From the NCBI RefSeq assembly GCF_046119375.1, contig NW_027362769.1, positions 359,228,001-359,292,000 of the forward strand: DNA of 64,000 nucleotides, given 5' to 3'. The translations under genes and the position numbers were made by a program. Source of the stretch: Phyllobates terribilis (Eukaryota). The stretch's first letter is position 1; each line of letters starts with the position of its first letter. The notes under the pieces were generated by a model. The model was not told the origin of the DNA. It saw only the letters and a list, made by a program, of their open reading frames with translations, and did not search any database. Below are positions 36,935 through 51,084 of this stretch, piece by piece.

Positions 36935-39900
36935 ATAATATATACCTGACAGGAGCCCATAGATTCTGTTGGCTCCAATAATATATACCTTACAGGAGCC
37001 CATAGATTCTGCTGCCTCGAATAATATATACCTGACAGGAGCCCATAGATTCTGCTGCCTCCATTAATATATACCTGACAGGAGCCCATAGATTCTGCTG
37101 GCTCCAATAATATATACCTGACAGGAGCCCATAGATTCTGCTGCCTCCATTAATATATACCTGACAGGAGCCCATAGATTCTGCTGGCTCCAATAATATA
37201 TACCTGACAGGAGCCCATAGATTCTGCTGGCTCCAATAATATATACCTGACAGGAGCCCATACATTCTGCTGCCTCGAATAATATATACCTGACAGGAGC
37301 CCAAACATTCTGCTTCCTCGAATAATATATACCTGACAGGAGCCCATAGATTCTGCTACCTCCAATAATGTATACCTGACAGGAGCCCATGCATTCTCCT
37401 GCCTCCAATAATATATACCTGAAAGGAGCCCATAGATTCTGCTGCCTCCAATAATATATACCTGACAGGAGCCCATAGATTCTGCTGCCTCTAATAATAT
37501 ATACCTGACAGGAGCCCATACATTCTGCTGCCTCCAATAATATATACCTGACAGGAGCCCATAGGTTCTGCTCCCTCCAATAATATCGTTAACAATCCCG
37601 AAAAGTAGGAAGCATGGGAAGCATTTAAGGAAACCAGGATGAATGAACACAGAACTTAAACACATGCTAAAAAAGAAAGGAAGAAATGTTTATCATATGG
37701 AAAGAGGGAGGCATATCTATAGAAGATTATAATGCAGTCTGCAGATCCTGTAGGGCACGTATCAGGTTAGCTAAAGGTGACAATGAATTAAGGCTTGCAA
37801 GAGATGTCAAAAGCAATAAAAAAGGATTTTGGGGGTATGTCAAAAGTAAAAGAAAAGTCAAAGATGCTATAGGATTTTTACAGGATGAAAATGGTGAAAT
37901 GGTAAGAAAGGATGTTGAGAAGGCCGAACTTTTTAATTCCTATTTTGCATCTCTTTTCTCTCAGAAAGAAAATGTAACATTAACTGATCTTCACTGTCCT
38001 ATTAAAGGAAAAGAAGAATCCAAGTTATCTGTAAACAGAGAGATTGTGAAGGAATATTTAGCTAACATAAATGAGTTCAAGTCTCCAGGTCCAGACGAAT
38101 TACACCCCAGAGTACTGAAGGAGATCGTAGAAGAAATTTTAGATCCACTCTCCATAATCTTTGAAAATTCTTGGAGAACAGGAGAAGTCCCAGAAGACTG
38201 GAGAAGAGCAAATGTTGTTCCTATCTTCAAAAAAGGGAAGAAGGTGGACCCAGGGAACTATAGGCCGGTAAGTCTGACTTCTATACCAGGAAAGATCTTT
38301 GACAAATTATTAAACAATATGTATGTAAGTACCTGGATAAGAATGAAGTGATTAACCAGAGTCAGCATGGGTTTGTAACTAACAAGTCATGTCAGACTAA
38401 CATAATTTCCTTCTATGACAGAATCACTGACTGGGTGGATCAGGGAAATGCTGTAAATATAATATATCTTGACTTCAGCAAAGCATTTGACAAAGTATCT
38501 CACACCATCCTTATTCAAAAAATTACCAAGTATGGAATGGACAAGGCAACTATTAGGTGGATTCATAACTGGCTTAGTGATCGGACTCAAAGAGTGGTCG
38601 TAAATGGCTTCACATCCAGTTGGATGAATGTCTCAAGTGGGGTACCACAGGGTTCTGTCCTGGGACCTGTATTTATCAACATCTTTATCAATGATTTAGA
38701 TGAAGGAATTGAGGGTAAACTGATTAAATTTGCTGATGACACAAAGCTAGGAGGGATAGCTATTACTTGAGAAGAGAGAGAGAGGATTCAAAAAGACCTA
38801 AATAAACTGGAGCATTGGGCAGTAACTAACAGTATGGTTTTTAACAGGGAAAAATGCAAAGTACTATATCTGGGCAATAAAAAAGAAAAAAGCATATACA
38901 AAATGGGAGGAATAGAGCTAAGCAACAGTACATGTGAAAAAGACTTGGGTATACTAATAGATCATAGACTGAACATGAGTCAACAGTGTGATGCAGCAGC
39001 AAAAAAGTCAAATACAATTCTGGGATGTATTAACAGAAGCATACAGTCTAGATCACGTGAAGTCGTTATCGGACTTTACTTTTCTTTGGTCAGACCTCAT
39101 CTGGAATACTGCGTCCAGTTTTGGGCACCACATTTTAAAAAAGACATCGACAAACTGGAGCAAGTTCAGAGAAGAACGACCAGAATGATGACCGGTCTGC
39201 AAACCATGTCCTATGAGGAATGGTTACAGGATTTGGGAATGTTTAGCTTGCAAAAAAGAAGACTGAGAGGAGACTTAATAGCTGTCTACAAATATCTCAA
39301 GGGCTGTCACATTGTAGAAGGATCATCTTTATTCTCATTTGCACAAGGAAAGACTAGAAGCAATGGGATGAAACTGATTGGGAGGAGACACAGATTAGAT
39401 ATTCGAAAAAACTTTTTGACAGTGAGGGTGATCAATGAGTGGAACAGGCTGCCACGAGAGGTGGTGAGTTCCCCTTCAATGGACGTCTTCAAACAGAGGC
39501 TGGACAGATATCTGTCTGAGATGATTTAGCGAATCCTGCTTTGAGCAGGGGGTTGGACCAGATGACCCAGGAGGTCCCCTCCAACTCTACCATTCTATGA
39601 ATATATACCTGACAGGAGCCCATAGATTCTTCTGGCTCCAATAATATATACCTGACAAGAGCCCATAGATTCTGCTGGCTCCAATAATAAATACCTGACA
39701 GAAGCCCAAACATTCTGCAGGCTCCAATAATATATACCTGACAGGAGCCCATACATTCTCCTGCCTACAATAATATATACCTGACAGGAGCCCATAGATT
39801 CTCCTGCCTCCAATAATATATACTTGGTAGAAGCCCATACATTCTGCTGGCTCTAATAATATATACCTGACAGGAGCCCATAGATTCTGCTGCCTCCAAT

Positions 39901-42900
39901 AATATATACCTGATAGGAGCCCATACATTCTCCTGCCTCCAATAATATATACCTGACAGGAGCCCATAGATTCTGCTGCCTCCAATAATATATACCTGAC
40001 AGGAGACCACACATTCTCCTGCCTCCAATAATATATACCTGACAGGAGCCCATACATTCTGCTGCCTCCAATAATATATACCTGACAGGAGCCCATACAT
40101 TCTCCTGCCTCCAATAATATATACCTGACAGGAGCCCATAGATTCTGCTGCCTCCAATAATATATACCTGACAGGAGACCACACATTCTCCTGCCTCCAA
40201 TAATATATACCTGACAGGAGCCCATAGATTCTGCTGCTTCCAATAATATATACCTGGCAGGAGCCCATACATTCCCCTGCCTTCAATAATATATACCTGA
40301 AAGGAGTCCATAGATTCTCCTGCCTCCAATAATATATACCTGACAAGAGCCCATACATTCTGCTGCCTCCAATAATATATACCTGGTAGGAGCCCATACA
40401 TTCTCCTACCTCCAATAATATATACCTGACAGGAGCCCATAGATTCTGCTGCCTCCAAAATATATACCTGACAGGAGTCCATACATTCTCCTGCCTCCAA
40501 TAATATATACCTGACAGGAGCCCATACATTCTGCTGCCTCCAATAATATATACCTGACAGGAGTCCATACATTCTCCTGCCTCCAATAATATATACCTGA
40601 CAGGAGCCCATAGATTCTGCTGCCTCCAATAATATATACCTGACAGGAGCCCATACATTCTCCTGCCTCCAATAAAATATACCTGACAGGAGCCCATACA
40701 TTCTGCTGCCTCCAATAATATATACCTGACAGGAGTCCATACATTCCCCTGCCTCCAATAATATATACCTGACAGGAGCCCAAAGATTCTCCAGCCTCCA
40801 ATAATATATACCTGAAAGGAGTCCATACATTCTCCTGCCTCCAATAATATATACCTGACAGGAGCCCAAAGATTCTCCAGCCTCCAATAATATATACCTG
40901 ACAGGAGCCCATACATTCTCCTGCCTCCAATAATATATACCTAATATATACCTGACAGGAGCCCATAGATTCTGCTGCCTCCAATAATATATACCTGACA
41001 GGAGCCCATATACTCTGCTACCTCAAAAAATAAATACCTGACAGGAGCCTATAGATTCTGCTGCCTCCAATAATATATACCTGACAGGAGCCCAAACATT
41101 CTGCTGTCTCCAATAATATATACCTGACAGGAGCCCAAAGATTCTGCTGCCTCCAATAATATATACCTGACAGGAGCCCATACGTTCTCCTGCCTCCAAT
41201 ATTATATACCTGGTAGGAGCCAATACATTCTCCTGCCTCCAATAATATATACCTGACAATATACCGACAGGAGCCCATAGATTCTCCCGCCTCCAATAAT
41301 ATATACCTGGTAGGAGCCCATACATCTGCTGGCTACAATCATATAAACCTGATAGGAGCCCATAGATTCTTCTGCCTCCAATAATATATACCTTGTAGGA
41401 GCCCATGCATTCTCCTGCCTCCAATAATATATACCTGACAGGAGCCCATAGATTCTGCTGCATCCAATAATATATACCTGACAGGAGCCCATAGATTCTG
41501 CTGGCTCCAATAATATATACCTGACAGGAGCCCATAGATTCTGCTGCCTCCAATAATATATACCTGACAGGAGCCCATAGATTCTGCTGGCTCCAATAAT
41601 ATATACCTGACAGGAGCCCATAGATTCTGCTGCCTCCAATAATATATACCTGACAGGAGCCCATAGATTCTGCTGGCTCCAATAATATATACCTGACAGA
41701 AGCCCATAGATTCTGCTGCCTCCAATAAAATATACCTGACAGGAGCCCATAGATTCTCCTGCCTCCAATAATATATACCTGACAGGAGCCCATAGAATCT
41801 GCTGCCTCCTATAATATACACCTGGTAGGAGCCCATATATTCTGCTGGCTCCAATAATATATACCTGACAGGAGCCCATCGATTCTGCTGCCTCCAATAA
41901 TATATACCTGACAGGAGCCCATACACTCTGCTGCCTCCAATAATATATACCTGACAGGAGCCCATAAATTCTTCTGCCTCCAATAATTTATACCTGACAG
42001 GAGTCCATACATTCTCTTGCCTCCAATAATATATACCAGACAGGAGCCCATACATTCTCCTGCCTCCAATAATATATACCTGACAGGAGTCCATACATTC
42101 TGCTGCCTCCAATAATATATACCTGACGGGAGCCCATACATTCTGCTGCCTCCAATAATATATACCTGACAGGAGCCCATAGATTCTGCTGCCTCCAATA
42201 ATATATACCCGACAGGACCCATACATTCTGCTGCCTCCAATAATATATACCTGACAGGAGCCCATACATTCTCCTGCCTCCAATAATATATACCTGACAG
42301 GAGCCCATAGATTCTGCTGCCTCCAATAATATATATCTGACAGGATCCCATACATTCTACTGCCTCCAATAATATATACCTGACAAGTCTAATACATTCT
42401 TCTGCCTCCAATAATATATACGTGACAGGATCCCATACATTCTGCTGCCTCCAATAATATATACCTGACAGGAGCCCATAGATTCTGCTGCCTCCAATAA
42501 TATATACCCGACAGGACCCATACATTCTGCTGCCTCCAATAATATATACCTGACAGGAGCCCATAGAGTCTGCTGCCTCCAATAATATATACCTGACAGG
42601 ATCCCATACATTCTCTTGCCTCCAATAATATATACCTGACAGGAGCCCATACATTCTGCTGCCTCCAATAATATATACCTGACAGGATCCCATACATTCT
42701 CTTGCCTCCAATAATATATACCTGACAGTAGCCCATACATTCTGTTCCCTCCAATAATATATACCTGACAGGACCCATACATTTTGCTGCCTCCAATAAT
42801 ATATACCTGACAGGATCCCATACATTCTGCTGCCTCCAATAATATATACCTGACAGGAGCCCATAGATTCTGCTGCCTCCAATAATATATACCTGACAGG

Positions 42901-44550
42901 AGCCCATAGATTCTGCTGCCTCCAATAATATATATCTGACAGGATCCCATACATTCTACTGCCTCCAATAATATATACCTGACAGGAGCCCATAGAGTCT
43001 GCTGCCTCCAATAATATATACCTGACAGGAGCCCATAGATTCTGCTGCCTCCAATAATATATACCTGACAGGAGCCCATAGATTCTGCTGCCTCCAATAA
43101 TATATACCTGACAGGAGCCCATACATTCTGCTGCCTCCAATAATATATACCTGACAGAAGCCCATAGATTCTATTGCCTTCAATAATATATACCTGACAG
43201 GAGCCCATACATTCTCCTGCCTCCAATAATATATACCTGACAGGAGCCCATAGATTCTGCTGCCTCCAATAATATATACCTGACAGGAGCCCATAGATTC
43301 TGCTGCCTCCAATAATATATACTTGATAGGAGCCCATAGATTCTGCTGGCTCCAATAATATATACCTGACAGGAGCCCATAGATTCTGCTGCCTCCAATA
43401 ATATATACCTGACAGGAGCCCATACATTCTGCTGCCTCCAATAATATATACCTGACAGGAGCCCATAGATTCTGCTGCCTCCAATAATATATACCTGACA
43501 GGAGCCCATACATTCTGCTGCCTCCAATAATATATACCTGACAGAAGCCCATAGATTCTGCTGCCTCCAATAATATATACTTGATAGGAGCCCATAGATT
43601 CTGCTGGCTCCAATAATATATACCTGACAGGAGCCCATAGATTCTGCTGCCTCCAATAATATATACCTGACAGGAGCCCATACATTCTGCTGCCTCCAAT
43701 AATATATACCTGACAGGAGCCCATAGATTCTGCTGCCTCCAATAATATATACCTGACAGGAGCCCATACATTCTGCTGCCTCCAATAATATATACCTGAC
43801 AGGAGCCCATAGATTCTGCTGCCTCCAATAATATATACCTGACAGGAGCCCATACATTCTGCTGCCTCCAATAATATATACCTGACAGAAGCCCATAGAT
43901 TCTACTGCCTTCAATAATATATACCTGACAGGAGCCCATACATTCCCCTGCCTCCAATAATATATACCTGACAGGAGCCCATACATTCTGCTGCCTCCAA
44001 TAATATATACCTGACAGGAGCCCATACATTCTACTGCCTCCAATAATATATACCTGACAGGACCCATACATTTTGCTGCCTCCAATAATATTTACCTGAC
44101 AGAAGCCCATAGATTCGACTGCCATCAATAATATATACCTGACAGGAGCCCATACATTCCCCTGCCTCCAATAATATATACCTGACAGGAGCCCATAGAT
44201 TCTGCTGCCTCCAATAATATATACCTGACAGGAGCCCATAGATTCTGCTGCCTCCAATAATATATACTTGATAGGAGCCCATAGATTCTGCTGGCTCCAA
44301 TAATATATACCTGACAGGAGCCCATAGATTCTGCTGCCTCCAATAATGTATAGCTGACAGAAGCCCATAGATTCTACTGCCTTCAATAATATATACCTGA
44401 CAGGAGCCCATACATTCCCCTGCCTCCAATAATATATACCTGACAGGAGCCCATAGATTCTGATGCCTCCAATAATATATACCTGGTAGGAGCCCATACA
44501 TTCTCCTGCCTCCAATAATATATTCCTGGTAGGAGCCCATAGATTCTGCT
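36935..44550. repeat. 43-bp satellite, about 130 copies, interrupted by CR1
   Basis: Unit AATAATATATACCTGACAGGAGCCCATAGATTCTGCTGCCTCC. Confidence 0.97.
37587..39600 (+). mobile_element. 5'-truncated CR1 LINE (RT domain, frameshifted)
   Basis: ORF pieces 37686-38351, 38348-38770 and 38834-39529 carry [37 protein letters not shown] and FADD. The 3' end is the CR1-type ATTCTATG. Confidence 0.93.
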
Positions 44551-45337
44551 GCCGCTGCCTCGGGCGACGCCGCGTCCGACCTCCACAGTGCGCACAGGAA
44601 GCAGTCCTAGGGAGATAACGTCATCGCCCTGAGACTGACCTCCTGCGCACGGACCGGCAGTGTTGCACTGCGCATAGGAGGCAGAGGGTCACTGCCGTAG
44701 CAGGCAGAGGAGGGAGATCGCTCTCCCTGCTTTGACGTTGCAGAGGGCCCATCACTAATCATATCGGCAGTGCTGCCGATATGATTAGCGAACCAGGGGG
44801 GCAGGGTGTGGGGCTTGGGGGCGTCGCTATCGGGACTCGGGGCCCACCCGGGGTTTTCCCGATCCTCCGGTGGGCCAGTCCACCCTGCCTACAGCCTCTC
44901 CCCACATCTACTCAATCATCCTCCTCCATAACCACTTTCTCTACCATTACGGAAGATCAACTTTCCTATTTACTTTCCAAATCACACCTCACCACCTGTG
45001 AACTTGACCCAATCTCGTCCCACCTCATCCCAAACCTTACCACTATCTTCATCCCAACCTTAGCCCACCTTTTCAACTTGTCATCAACAACTGGCGTCTT
45101 TCCCTCATACTTCAAACATGCCTCGATCACACCCAACCTCAAAAAGCCCTCCCTTGACCTATCCTCTCTGACTAGCTATCGACCCATATCACTTGTCCCC
45201 TATGCCTCAAAACTACTGGAACAACACGTTCATTCTGAACTGTCCTCCCACCTCTCCTCCTGCTCCCTCTTCGACCACCTACAATCTGGTTTCCAATCGC
45301 ACAATTTTACTGAAACTGCACTGACTAAGGTCACCAA

Positions 45338-45766
45338 TGTTGTGGTGACCCTTCTTTGTTATTAGGGAGAACTTTGGAATAGACAGCAAAGGGTCTTCAC
45401 ATTGCCAGTGAGATTCAAATTAAAATACTTCATCGATGAAGGGAGAGAGACAAAATGCATGCGATATGCATTGTCAGCAGGTAGAGTCTTCTGTGTGGCA
45501 GCTAAGACTCACCACCTTTATTAGCTAGACAAAACGGAACTACAATTGTTACATACAACTGAACAGGAAACCAAAATAGACAATCAGTGATAACACACTT
45601 ACCTTGGCCCAACGTAAACCTTCTTGTCAGGGAATTCACAGGAAACCAGTATCTTAGTCAGAGATTCCATGATGCAAGTTTTAAGCAGAGGCTTCAGACT
45701 TAGCAAAAATATAAATTGTTTTCCTAAATAAATAATGAAGCTAGATATAAAATATTAACCATAACA
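45338..45766 (-). mobile_element. Solo LTR, 429 bp, inside L2
   Basis: Termini TGTTGTGGT / ACCATAACA, a 4-bp TSD CCAA, and AATAAA on the minus strand. Confidence 0.8.
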
Positions 45767-48246
45767 CCAATGGCCTACTAACAGCCAATCCAAGCTACAC
45801 TACTCTGTCCTCCTCCTCCTGGACCTGTCATCTGCCTTTGACACAGTGGACCATTCCCTCTTACTCCAGACTCTCTCATCTCTCGGCATCACAGACTTGG
45901 CCCTATCCTGGATCTCCTCATACCTAACAGACCGGACATTCAGTGTCTCCCACTCACACGCCACTTCCTCATCTCACCCTTTATCTGTCGGTGTCCCTCA
46001 AGGTTCAGTTCTAGAACCCTTACTCTTCTCCATCTACACCTTAGGCCTGGGACAGCTCATAGAGTCTCACGGCTTTCAGTATCACCTCTATGCCGACGAC
46101 ACAGAAATCTACCTCTCTGAACCCGATATCTCCTCCATACTAACCAAAATCCCACAATGTCTGTCCGCTATTTCATCCTTATTCTCTGCTAGATTTCTAA
46201 AACTTAACATGGACAAAACAGAATTCATCATCTTTCCCCATCTCAACCCCCCCAACTGAACTATCTATCAATGTCAATGGCTGTCCACTCTCCCCAGTCC
46301 CTCAAGCTCACTGCCTTGGGGTAACCCTGGACTCTAATCTCTCCTTCAAACCACATATCCAAGTCAGTTACACTTCCTGCCGACTCCAACTTAAAAATAT
46401 CTCTCAGATCCGCACATTCCTCAACCATGAATCTGCGAACACACTAGTGCATGCCCTCATCTCCTGCCTCGACTACTGCAACCTCCTGCTCTGTGGCCTC
46501 CCTTCCAACACTCTCGCACCCCTCCAATCTATCCTAAGCTCTGCTCCCCGACTAATCTACCTGTCCCCCTGCTATTCCACAGGCTCTCCTCTCTGTCAAT
46601 CTCTTCACTGGCTCTCCATTGCTCAGAGACTCCAGTTCAAAACCCTAACCATGGCATACAAAGCCATCCACAGTCTGTCTCCTCCATATATCTCTGACCT
46701 AGTCTCCCGGTACATACCCGCACGCAACCTCCGATCCTCACAACATCTCCTTCTCTACTCCTCTCTTATCTCCTCCTGTCTCAATCGCATACAAGATTTC
46801 TCCTGTGCATCCACCCTACTCTGGAACTGTCTACCCCAACATATCAGACTCTCGCCTACCATGGAAACCTTCAAAAGGAACCTGAACCCACCTCTTCCGA
46901 CAAGCCTACAACCTGCAGTAACCCTCGCTCCACCATACCACTCCACTACCAGCCCTACCCTCAACTACTGTATCCTCGCCAATCCCTTGTAGATTGTGAG
47001 CCCTCGTGGGCAGGGTCCTTGCTCCTCCTGTACCAGTCGCTGTCACGTTTTGTTCAAGATTATTGTAATTGTTTTTGCTATTTATTCCCCTTTTTTCACA
47101 TGTAATGCGCCATGGAATAAATGGCGCTATAATAAATAATAATATTAATTTTAAAATAAATAAAAAAATAAATACATACTTACCGCTCCTCATTCTCCGC
47201 TGCTTCCGTCTCTGCAGCACGTCTCTCTCATCACCTCAGCCGCTGCCAGCTCCACTCTCTGACACAGCGTGGTGCGTCATCATGCCGCTGCGTCAGACTA
47301 GGGAGGAGGAATGATCGGAGAGGGAGTGTCACATGACGCAGAGAAAAATAGTTTTACAACACAGGACCCAGCCTGCCTCTTCATCCTTCATATATGCAGA
47401 CATGCCTGCACACACACAGTACGCAGACATGCACACACACACACAGTACGCAGACATGCACACACACACACTCACAGTACGCAGACATGCACATACACAC
47501 ACAGTACGCAGTTATGCAAGCACACGGTAAGCATACATACACACACGTGCACATGGTACACAGATATGTACACATATAATAAGCAGACACGTGCATACAG
47601 GCATACGTACATATTTGAACACATTCTTTAAAACACATAAAACAGACATAAATATGTATACACAGTCATACACACACACACGTTAAAATTATTTTTATCA
47701 TGGGGTTTGGGGAAGCCGGCAACAAACCTCACTCACCTGCCTTGGTCTGTGTCCTGTCCAGCAACTCCTCAGGCATGAGTCAGTGCAGTGCTGCTAGCGT
47801 GTCACAGATATGACCCTGGACCATCAGGGGTCCCACTCGCCATCGGGCCCGGACCGCTTCCACGGCATCTGTGTAGGACTACTGGCGCTGCTTGATTGCC
47901 GTCACTTCGCCTGACATGGCCATGCACAGTGCACTGTGCGGCTGTGTCGGGTAGTAATGCTGTGGTGGGGCGATACACAAGCACAATTATAGGCGCAGTG
48001 TCGCCCCTGCCTTGTCATTACTAGCAGACACAGCCGCACAGTGCACTGCGCATAGCCTTGTCAGGTGAAGTGCCGGTAATCAAGCAGCGCCAGATTAAAT
48101 GAGTCCTCTGCAGCAAATCATACAGTGGAGCAAGGATCGTGTACACAGATAGATCTATATACCGTCTGGTACACAGGTGTCAGCAGACCCTAGTGTGGAC
48201 CATCGCCTGCTATCTGCGGTGCGGGCTCTTATGAGGAGGATGTGGT

Positions 48247-48262
48247 GGCTCTTAGAAGAGCC
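48247..48262 (-). terminator. Histone 3' stem-loop of pseudo-H2A
   Basis: GGCTCTTCTAAGAGCC on the minus strand. Confidence 0.9.
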
Positions 48263-48296
48263 TTTAGTTGTTCTGACAGATGTGGAGGAGCGGCGC

Positions 48297-50327
<2,031 letters not shown>

Positions 50328-50361
50328 TCTGCTTCGTCTGCTGCTCCGCCATCACCCCAAA

Positions 50362-50404
50362 GGCTCTTCTGAGAGCCACCACCGCGTCTACATCAGAGCT
50401 GTGG
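50362..50404 (+). terminator. Stem-loop and single HDE of pseudo-H2B
   Basis: GGCTCTTCTGAGAGCC at 50362-50377, then CATCAGAGCTGTGG at 50391-50404. Confidence 0.9.
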
Positions 50405-51084
50405 CTGCTTCTGTGTTCTCTCCCGTCTCCCCGAGTTGTCTGGCCACATAGCCCGGGTCTCTGTCTAATGACAGGGTAAATAGCAGGTGGCCTTTGTAGA
50501 AGTGAAGGCTAAGGGCTAACGAAGAAGATGGCGAAAAAACTGGGGCTGCTTTTGGGTTCTCCTTCACAGCTCAGCACTTTCACCAATGCCCTTGTGATTT
50601 CAGATGGAAGTTCAGTGACTTATTTAAGCCCTTGCTCCTCAGATCTGACTCCTTTTCGTCTCATTCCTATTTTAGGAATTGATTCGGTTTAGTTTCTCTA
50701 AATAATGAAATTACTTCACTGTTTTATGAAAGGTGATTACATGAGATTGTGGTCGGTGGAGTTTATTAGTGATGAGCAGCATGCTCACCACTATTCGTTA
50801 CGAGCTCGAGATGCTCGTTGCTGGCGAGTATTTTTTGAATGTTCGGGAGCTTGAATCGCGCCCCGCATGTTTGGCGCATAATATACAGCCAATTACCATG
50901 CAGGGGTTGCGTGACAGTCAATGTCATGTCATAGCCAAGTTGGTTGTGGCATTACAGTGACTGGCTGGTCGCACAGCGTCATCAGGTCTATATCAGAGGT
51001 CTATATCAGACCTGGCGCCGCCATGCTTGTCACAGTCACTCCGGAATCAGACAGTGTAGGGAGAGCTGCTGCTGAGCTAGGGAG

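Larger units (their letters stand above)
31046..44887 (-). mobile_element. hAT transposon remnant, 13.8 kb including nested cargo
   Basis: TIRs CAGAGCCGGACTGG / CCAGTCCACCCTG. 8-bp TSD CCCACAGC / CCTACAGC (7/8). A hATC dimerisation-domain fragment lies at 31588-31887(-) (VSCERVFSKLKIVKNRLRSSIGQ). Confidence 0.8.
30805..47140 (+). mobile_element. L2 LINE (ORF2 RT) split into 30805-31045, 44888-45337 and 45767-47140 by nested insertions
   Basis: The reading frame joins across the hAT insertion (KIDTMRKSFCLMFPQ|PLPTSTQ). It carries the RT motifs [26 protein letters not shown] and YADD, and an L2-type 3' tail near 47000-47140. Confidence 0.85.

Noticed and set aside
37686-39529. Active reverse transcriptase gene
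   Set aside because: The element is 5'-truncated, lacks the endonuclease domain, and has a frameshift and an in-frame stop.
21208-44550. Possible CRISPR-like arrays
   Set aside because: The repeats are head-to-tail with no unique spacers, there are no cas genes, and the DNA is eukaryotic.
36990-44600. Many overlapping 200-520 aa minus-strand ORFs
   Set aside because: A 43-nt unit read cyclically gives one 43-aa repeat in all three frames. Lacking a stop in 43 codons is not improbable, and indels break the frames freely.
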